A DNA stretch of 64,000 nucleotides from Eledone cirrhosa (lineage: Eukaryota): NCBI GenBank assembly GCA_964016885.1, contig OZ024740.1:301506001-301570000 (forward strand), read 5' to 3'. Positions 55,251-64,000 of the stretch are shown here, piece after piece. The notes beneath the pieces are model-generated. The model had not been told where the DNA came from, did not search any database, and was given only the letters and a program-made list of their open reading frames with translations. How positions within the stretch are numbered: the first letter of the stretch is position 1; each line of letters opens with the position of its first letter. The position numbers were made by a program, and so were the translations under genes.

Positions 55251-57867
55251 GACCGTGTAAGATTTTATGTTCCCCAGTTCTAAGTTTGATTTCCTGGTGT
55301 AATGTATCCCATTACTATAATAATATACTATTATGTAATCAGAAGTTTGGGTTGGTGGTCAGGAGTTTTATATTTCGAAATGTTCATGTTTTTCAAGAAA
55401 AACACAATTTTTTTCAATTTATCAGTTCATATAATTAAATCAACAGAGTATATATTTATTTTATTATACAAGCTTATCAAAAGCAAACAAGTAAAAACAA
55501 ATAACACTTTTAAAGCAACTTATACACGTCAGAAATGACTGGATTTCATGGATTTGCGGTTGTAGTCCAGGTCGCATTACCGCACTAGCCCCCAGATATA
55601 GTCCACCATCATTTTCTCATTGTAGTGTCCCTGGTACCTCCGCTCTAACTCTTTCACATCTTGGTGGAATCATTCGCCTTGTTCTTCTGAGTAGGCGCCC
55701 ATATTGTCCTTGAATTTTTCCAGGTGAGCGTCCAGCATATCGAGTTTAAGCGACATCCTGCATCCCATAACGCCAAAAGCTTTTATCAGATCCTGCACTA
55801 GTTGTTGGTAGTTTTCAGCTCTGTAGTTGCCCAGGAAGCCCTTAACAACTGCCCTGAAACAGTTCTATGCTGCTCTCTCAATCCTATTGAGCTTATTGGA
55901 GAACTCGGTAAACTCAAACACCTTCTTTATCTGAGGTCCAACAAAAATTCCACCTCTGATTTTGGCCTCAGATAACTTGGGGAAGAACTCAAGAAGGTAC
56001 TAAAACGCGGCTGATTCTTAGTTGAGAGCCTACACAAACTTCTTCATCAACCTCAACTTAATGTGCAGTGGCGGCATGAGCACAATCCTGGGATCAATCA
56101 GTGGCTCCCACATGACGAGCCGGCTCCCAACTACAAATTTTGTTCGCTGCTCCCAGTTCTTTCTTTTGTAGTGGTCAAAGGTGGCTCTGCTGACCCAAAG
56201 GCAGAGGAGGCATTGGAATTTGATAAAGCCTCCTTGGAGTCCATGTAGGAAAGCTACCATCTTGAAGTCTCCAATGATTTCCCAATTGTACTGGTTGTAT
56301 TGCAGAGCATCCAAGTGGACTTTCACACTGTAGTAATCTTCCATCAGGCAGTGTCGGGAACTTGTTTCCATTGTGGAGGAGGACAGCCTTCAAACGTGTG
56401 GTGGAGCTGTCTATAAATAGCCGCCGCTCCTTGGGCACAAACGGCACCCCAATAACGTCAAACAGTCCAGGCACGTCATGACAGAAGGAGAGGCCATCCC
56501 TAATAGTGTAAAAGCCTGATAAAGGTTCGTGTCGACTTCTCTGACTTGTCACCTTCACTTCCTCCTTGACCAAGTTCCACTGCTTCATCCTGGAGACGAA
56601 TAGCTCTGCATTGGACTTGGTCAGACCCATATCCCTGACCAAGTCATTGACTTCTTCTTGGTTTGGGAAGTGAGGAACTATTTCTGGTACCTCAGGCAGG
56701 TAATCCAAGTCCTCAGCATCCATCTCCTCCTCTTCATCAGAATACTTGTCTTCATCTGGAGCAGGTGGCACTGGCACGGGATATTTGGAGCAGTGAGGGT
56801 TTGGAGCAATTGATGATGGAAGATGTGGATAATCTACATCAGCAGCATTCTTTCCTTTGCACCGGTTGCTAACACACGCCATGCAAAAAAAGCAGTTTGT
56901 GACACGGTCTGTTGGCTCTAACCAGACACGTGGGTTGGGAAATTTCAGGGACCTTTTCTCACCTCGCAGCCACCCTTCCAACGTCTTCTTACAGTTTTCT
57001 CAACAGGAGTGAGGGGCCCAGGGATTGTCCTGGACCCCAACTGGTATCCCGAAGTACTTCTGGTAGGCGTCACAAACCTTCACCGACGTTTCCAAGGATA
57101 ATTTAGTGTTTTGCCTCTCTTCTTTATATACTCACCACATATAAAACAGGGTGGTGCCGGCAACCTCTTGAAGCCATTCTAAAAATATAGAAATACATGC
57201 AGTCAGAAAATATAGATCTTATAGATCTGAGAGTATAAATAAAAACATGTTAAATGAACATACATATATAAAATAAGTAGGGTAATTCAGGCTAAAGTCA
57301 TCAAATTTTGAAAACAAAAATTAATATTTAGCACCAAATTGCAGTGCAGTTCAATGAAAGAAATCTTTAATTACAAGTCTAATGTCATGATCGAAACCTA
57401 TAATACAAAATAAATTTGAAAAGCAATACAAAATAAATATTGGAAAAGGAAATACATATTTAAATAATATAGAAGTACACTAATCATACTAATGAACATT
57501 CGTGCTTAACACACAACTTACCCTTTATTCAGTGTTCGAAAATCCATTATCAATAAATCTCTTTAATCCACTTTTTGACAATTTTATACTTTATTGCACT
57601 TTTATAATTTCCTTTAGGTATTACTCTTTATTTTATAATTTTAATTTAATCTGAAACATATATTTTTAAAAATCATTTAACATAAGCAAATTAAAATTAC
57701 ATACAACGTAAAATCTAGCATACAAATAATTCTAGTGAATAGCTTAGACTTTTTACAAACCCACACTTTTAACTGTTTAATAGTACTTTTTTATTTATTT
57801 GGGACCTAAGCAACACAAAAAAGTGATTACAAGCCAGGAACAGAGAAAAACTGTTTGTTACACGGTG
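55251..57867 (-). mobile_element. Chapaev3 (CMC superfamily) DNA transposon, full length, degenerate
   Basis: termini (g)ACCGTGTAA / TTACACGGTG, TAA on both sides (55248-55250, 57868-57870), internal transposase. Confidence 0.85.
55529..57177 (-). pseudogene. Chapaev3 transposase with stops and frameshifts
   Basis: MASRGC..C(F/Y)ICGE start; WLEPTDRVTNCFFC, RLFIDSS..LKAVLLHNGN, IIGDFKMV, CLLCLW, PPLHIKL, EEQGE*FHQD..RYQG motifs. Confidence 0.85.
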
Positions 57868-58234
57868 TAATTCTATTGACAGATTAATTGCATTAGTATA
57901 TTTTAAAAACTAACTGGTTGAGTGCTTATTCGGTTTGTGCTATTCATGCAATTTTTTTGGCATGATTTACACATACTGAATTCATTAGCCAAAATCTGGG
58001 TTTTTTTTCCCCTTATGAGTTACACATTTGCTTTTACAAAACACTACGTCATTCACAACACTGGTGCTGAAGAAAATACCTGTTTATAACGTGATATTCG
58101 TTGTTCGATCATTATACCAAAATCTTATGGTTTTAAGCAGACAGTATTATTGATTTAGGTGTCATAGAAACCCTGTATTTGGAATTTACCATCATTTCCA
58201 ATGGGTCAAGGTTTTTTGTATATATATGTATATG

Positions 58235-58315
<81 letters not shown>

Positions 58316-58319
<4 letters not shown>

Positions 58320-58828
58320 AATGAATAATAACAGGTAGACATCATAAAAAGGTAATCCATTCTGTGTGCTTACACATGTTTCCACGGTGGTTATACAGCT
58401 TAGTTGTGCTATGTGCAAATTTATAACTATTTCCAAAACTCAATTATCAAATGATGTGACCATTGTATCATCAGAGCAGAATGGTTAAAATGTAAAATGT
58501 AAATTTACATTTTACATTTTAACCATTCTGCTCTGATGATACAGTGGTCACATCATTTGATAATTGAGTTTTGGAAATAGTTATAAATTTGCACATAGCA
58601 TAACTAAGCTGTATAACCACCGTAGAAACATATGTAAGTACACAGAATGGATTACCTTTTTATGATGTCTACCTGTTATTATTCATTCTTTATCCACACT
58701 CCGGAATGCAGAAAGATCAGGAACTGAGTTTCTTCAACTATTCTTCCATAAGTCGTTGAGTCACCTCTCAACGTACGTCAACTCTATCCAGTGTAGTAAT
58801 TAACCATTACTGCATCCAGGATAGTCCT
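58316..58828 (+). mobile_element. spacer-less palindromic PLE derivative (~188-bp arms, centre 58503/58504) plus tail
   Basis: 58316-58503 is the near-perfect reverse complement of 58504-58691; tail 58692-58828; (TA)n flanks. Confidence 0.85.
58523..58650 (+). ncRNA. type-I hammerhead ribozyme with ~85-nt stem II region (mirror copy on minus strand)
   Basis: ccattctgct-CTGATGA-TACAGTGGT...ACCACCGTA-GAAACATAT-GTA^agtacacagaatgg. Confidence 0.6.
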
Positions 58829-58842
58829 ATATATATATATAC

Positions 58843-58880
<38 letters not shown>

Positions 58881-59090
58881 TTTTATCATTTATTTTGTCT
58901 GACCTATTTAGCTTGATTTGCGTTTAAGCTTAGGTGGTTGATGCCTTCTTGACCACCTTCTCATGGCGTTTTAACATATGTTTAGCTCTGGTTATTTAAA
59001 CTGTGGAGCGTTTGCTAGCATCACCCTGAATTCGCGTTACGTTTCGCTTTTTCTACCCGCCAAATTGCGATTCTCGCTGAATTTATATTT

Positions 59091-59133
<43 letters not shown>

Positions 59134-59258
59134 CATACACATGTATATATATACAGTATATATATATATATTTATATATTAGTAAAAGTAAAAGAAAATG
59201 CTGACAAATTGTTCCCAGTGAAAAATAGTTTAATTAGGAATAAGTATACATTAGTAAT

Positions 59259-59442
59259 TGTTTCTACTTTAGGCACAAGGCCAGCAATTACCCAGTGCAT
59301 TACTGGTACTTTATTTTATCGACCCCGTAAGGATGAAAGGCAAAGTCAACCTCGGCGGGATTTGAACTCAGATCGTAAAGGGACGTAACTATGCTGAAAG
59401 CATGGCGTCCGACGCTCTACCGATACTGCCAATCCACCGCCC
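59259..59442 (-). mobile_element. SINE family S with 20-bp TSD
   Basis: aataagtatacattagtaat at 59239-59258 and 59445-59464. Confidence 0.9.
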
Positions 59443-59559
59443 TAAATAAGTATACATTAGTAATAAGTATTGGTTGTATTCAGTTTTAGTTTTAAGCTAT
59501 AACCGGTTGCACATTTCTAATACTTTTCAAAAATAATTTTGAGATAGAGCGCTCGTAAT

Positions 59560-62500
59560 GTTTGCTCTAATCTGATCAGTTTTGGAAATTCTTCCTGTTT
59601 TATGTGAAAAAAGTAGCTCCAGAGGTATTAAGATTTGGTTGTTGAATGTCACGTGAATGAGTGCTATAAATTTCGCGCCAATTCGTATTGCAAAAATTCT
59701 TGTAGTGAAAACAATTTTGATTGGTCGGTAGAGGTCACGTGAATGTTAAAAATTGATTTTGAGCCAAATGTAAGTGTGTCGAAGAGTGTCGTTTTTCGCC
59801 TGATTGAGAAGTCACTGAAAAATAAGTTTATTAAGATAAAAATGTGTGTGTGTGTGTAGTAGTAGTAAAGAGGTTCATTGTCGTGATAATGGTCAGTAGG
59901 GATGTGTGTGTGAATTGCAGTCATGTTGAAAGGTCAACAGTTCAGGTGTATATTAAGACAAATAATTGTGTGTGTGTGTGTGTGTATGTGCCTAGCAGAG
60001 TGATTCGTGGTAGAGGGAATAAATTCGGTCAGTCAGTAGGAATGTGTGTTTACGTGTGTGGGGGATATTTTAACATGTTGAAAGATATTTGTTCAACTAT
60101 TGTCTTATGCGGAGAAGTGTGTGTGTGTGGTTGTATATCTGTTTGTATGTTAGTGTACGCGTGTGTATGTGTGTGTGTATGTGTGTTTGTGTGTATATGT
60201 GTGTATGTAAGTGTGTGTGTGTGTGTGTGGATGGACCAGTATTTTTGCGATACTGATAAAAATGGTGTACATTATTCGATATTTTCAGTAATTTGCAAAA
60301 ACGATTCTCTCAAAAGAACATCAAAAACATTAATAATAAAAGGGGTGAAATGATGTATAGTATTGTCATAACACCAAGGTGTGTGAGTGTCCAAATTGTA
60401 CGTACTGCAAGGGGAATCCATTAGGCCCTGCCGTATTGGAATACTTGTGTACAAAAATGTATGTGCCCATCAGTGTGTAATGCATGTGTGCGTATTATGT
60501 ATGTGTGTGTGTCGGCACGTTTATATCTATAAACATCAAAAAGTATGCAAATTTGTGTATATTTGTGTTGCACCATAAAACATCCTGTGTTTACGTATAT
60601 CATTGTGTTTATATGTGGATAGAAATGTATGAAGGATGTATGATGATGTAGGTATGTATGTTCACGTGTGTATGTTGTGGGTTCGTCTTAGGGAGAAGTG
60701 TTTAGACGGGGGTCCGTATTTGTTAATAAAGTGAGATTCCTTGATGAATCGCTGGGTGTGGGTGGCTTTTCTTTAAATTTGTAGAGGGGAAAGATTCTAA
60801 AGATGGGATGATTTCGGGCGGGACAGGTATCAATGTGTTCACTCAGTGGTATTTTTCTGTATTCCCGTATTTTAATTTGGGATCTATGGACAGTCATTGG
60901 TTTTTGTCTGGCCTATGTATTGTTCTCGACAACCTGAGCAAGTTAATACATATATTAGATTTTCTGATGTTCATGTGAAATTGTGTTTTACTATAAAACG
61001 TTGGCCTTCTTTGAAATAGAATTCCGAACCCTCTATTAGGTTGATGCAGATGCCACAGTTGGGTCTATCGCATTTATTTACTGTGGGTTTCTTTGTTGTG
61101 GTTGGCAGTACTTTGGCATGTGTTAGGATGTTTTTCATTGACTTAGATTGTCTTTTGCTCTTTATCATATCCTGTGTTCGAAGGATTTGGTTCATTCTAT
61201 GGTCCTTTCTTAACACAGGGATGTTCTAGAGGATGATGTCAAAGGTCTCATTGTTGAGGGCGTTGCGTGAGGAGATGTATGGAAGAGTTTTTAGTTTCGG
61301 TTGATTTACTTTAGGGTGTCTAAGATCCTGAGTACTGAGTTTTAAGGCACGTTGGATACCATGGTCAATTAGTGATGCGGGGTAGTCCCTGCCAATGAGT
61401 GTGTCCTTTAGTTCTTGTAGCCGTACGTAACAGGTGTTTTTATTGGAGGCTATAGTACAGATTATCTTGGATAAGTAGTAGGGAATATTAATTTTACAGT
61501 GTCTAGGGTGGCAAGAGTTGAAAGGAAGATACTGCTTGGAGTCTCTGGGTTGTAGTATATATCTGTTTCTATTTGTTTGTTATGAATCTTAATGAAGATG
61601 TCGAGGAAGGGGAGTTGTTGATGGCTGTATTCCATCGTAAAGTCAATATTCGTGTTGAACCCATTTATAAGGGTGTGAAATTATTTAAGTTTCTCGATGT
61701 TTTCGTGCCAAAGGATGAAGCAGTCATCAAGATATCGCTTCCAGTTATTTTCTATGTGTAAGTGGAGAGTGTTTCCAAATTTGTTTAGTACTTTAGTATA
61801 GAGGGTGATTTTCAGGTACCGCATGACTAGATTGGCATAAGTGGGGGCTGTTTTCGTTCCCAAAGCGGTCCCAAATTTCTGCCTGTACGATTTGTTATTG
61901 AAAACGAAGTAATTGTTCTCCAAGATAAATTTGAGTCCTTCTATCACGAATTCTTTTTTGATGCGTTGTGGTAGTTCATTGTGGTAATTATCCAGCCAGA
62001 ATTGGATAGCTTCTATTCCTAGGTTGTGGGGGATGTTGGAGTATAGGTTGACTACATCGAACGTCACTAGTAGGGTTTGTTCACAAAGGGGCATAATAGG
62101 GAGGTGATTGAGCATATCTAGGTCGTCCCTTATATAGCTTTTGATGTGTTTGAGAAAAGGCTTGAGGAGGGTATCAATGAAGTTGCTAAGGCGGTGGGTT
62201 TCGCAAGCGGGGCCTGCTATTATAGGTCTTAATTTGAGATCATTAGGTGAGGGGTCATTGATGACTATGTCTGTGGCTTCCTTGCATGCCTTACGTATTA
62301 ATTCGCTTTTATGTACTATAGGGATACCGTAGAAAAGGCTGTATTTACTTGTGAAGTCTGTGATGAAGCTGAATTCCTTGTTAGTGAGTCCTTCTTCGTA
62401 TTGGTTGATCAGAATTTTTAGGTTTCTCATAATTTTCTGTTGATTGTAGTGTTCAGCCTTTTCGTAGTATGTTTCGTTTTCCAAAGTTGAGACCGCTAAG

Positions 62501-64000
62501 TTGATATAGAATTCTGTCTCCATCAGGACTACTGTACTCCCTTTATTAGCCTCTTTAATTGTAATAGTTCTGTCGGTTTTTAATCTATTTAATTCTTCCC
62601 ATTCTTTCTTGTTAAGGTTTGGCTTGTGTTTTTGTCTGTGCAAGTGTTGGTAAGGGAAGTTTGTGATGTGTTCACAGAATTCGTCTAGGATTTTATTTCT
62701 ACCTTTTGGTGGGGTGTAGTTGCTTCTATTTCTGGCTAATTATTCATCCTCATTGTACTGGTTGAATAGTTCTTCACTGAGTTGTAACTTTCTAAAGAAG
62801 TCTGTGATGTCTTCATTCATTTCATAGTAGTTAGGACGTAGGAGGCTCGGTGTGAATTTAAGACCTTTGGAGAGTAAGTTGATAAGGTTGGGAGTTGGTT
62901 CTGCACTAGTTAGATTGATAATGTGTATTACTCTCGGTTTCTCCTCCCTGTCTTGTGTTATTTTGTTTGCCTGTATCTGTGTGCTGTGTGTAAAAAATGG
63001 TTGGGGTAGAGGGGGTTGTCTGCTGATGTTAAGTGGTCTCCTGTGTTTGTTATATTCCTTGTTGTTGTAAAATGTGGTTCGGGTTCGTGGTTGTGGATTG
63101 AATGGGGTGTTCCTGTATTGCGAGTATGGATGTGTGTTTCTATGTGCCATGTTGGATTGTGGTGTTATAGGTGGCCTACGTTGTTTGTTGTATCGTGTGG
63201 TGTGGGTTGTTTTGTAGTGTGGAAGCGAGAGTTGAGAAAATGGAAATGACCTTGCTGTCCCCTTGTAGCGGGGAAGTTGTTACATCTATCATGGAGGTTG
63301 TATATTTTCCCTATGTTTGACGATGAGGCATCCGCGTAGTAGTTGAGTGATTTGGTATGGTGTCTCCTTGAAGGGGGAAGTTGTAAATGTCATTATGGGG
63401 GTGATGATTTCTAGGGTGTTTGTTCCTTCTTATGGAAGCGAGGTTGGGAAGTTCATCTTCGGTGTGGTGCTTCCTTCTTCTGTTGTTAGTGGCTGGAGGT
63501 TTGCGAAGTTGTTGTGCGGTTCAGTTATGGGTTTTTCTATTTTTATGAACGGGTTATTGGAGGTGTAATCCGTTTGAAAAGTCGATTCATAGTTTAGGAA
63601 CCAAGCGGCACTTTTTTCCCAGCGTTGAAGGGATTTCAGTTCTTCTCTGTTGGAGTCCCGTTTCCATAATTCAGAGATCTTCTCTACCTTGGGGCCTTCA
63701 GTCTTATTGTTGATTTTCAGGAGGATCGCTTCATCGATGGTTTTGATTTTTTCCTCAATTGTCCGGGCCCTCAATTTAAGAAGTACAATTTCTGTCTTCA
63801 TTTTTTCCAATGACATTCTTTCTCTAAGGTGTCTTTGAGGTTCAGGTTCATTTGGAATGGACTTTATTTGTATTTTACGGGGCATAGTTAGAAGGGTTGT
63901 GCTAAGCCCTTTTTCTCACATCTCCGGTTTGTTGTGATTTTGTATCATCTTCCAGAATGAGAACTTTCTGTCTCTGAGGGATTTGTTCCATTTTGGGATT
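59560..64000 (-). mobile_element. Neptune-type Penelope-like retroelement, runs off the window end; 3' boundary uncertain
   Basis: long N-terminal region, RT, Cys linker and GIY-YIG, followed by a (CA)n-rich 3' region. Confidence 0.85.
60690..63885 (-). pseudogene. PLE polyprotein (RT + CxxxxCxxC linker + GIY-YIG), disrupted
   Basis: LLSKGLKFTP, IKEANKG, LRPII, TFDVVNLYSNIP, GTALGTKTAPTYANL, WKRYLDD; linker KCDRPNCGIC; NLIYVLTCSGCREQYIGQT read from the minus strand at ~60905-60965. Confidence 0.9.

Overview
Eukaryotic, AT-rich, microsatellite-dense DNA with no confidently identifiable host gene. The SINE family and the (TA)n/(CA)n/(GA)n load suggest a coleoid cephalopod such as Octopus (inference). 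Almost every ORF in the track is a translated microsatellite. Recognisable content: a degenerate Neptune-type Penelope-like element (PLE; RT + GIY-YIG, minus strand, ~59.6-64 kb); a complete but degenerate Chapaev3 DNA transposon with TAA TSD (55251-57867); a non-autonomous Helitron (53802-55069); RTE LINE remnants; about ten tRNA-derived SINE copies; and an 80-bp x4 tandem array. The most striking structure is about 25 short PLE-derived insertions from many different families, mostly embedded in (TA)n tracts. Most have one architecture: (TA)n - short arm - fold-back - long arm + unpaired tail - (TA)n. Many carry minimal type-I hammerhead ribozyme (HHR) motifs, often on both strands, with a palindromic loop III, U3-A8 compensatory cores or very long stem II insertions. 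A repeat-poor block at ~38-47.7 kb holds weak exon and enhancer candidates. Coordinates were read by eye and element edges are approximate.
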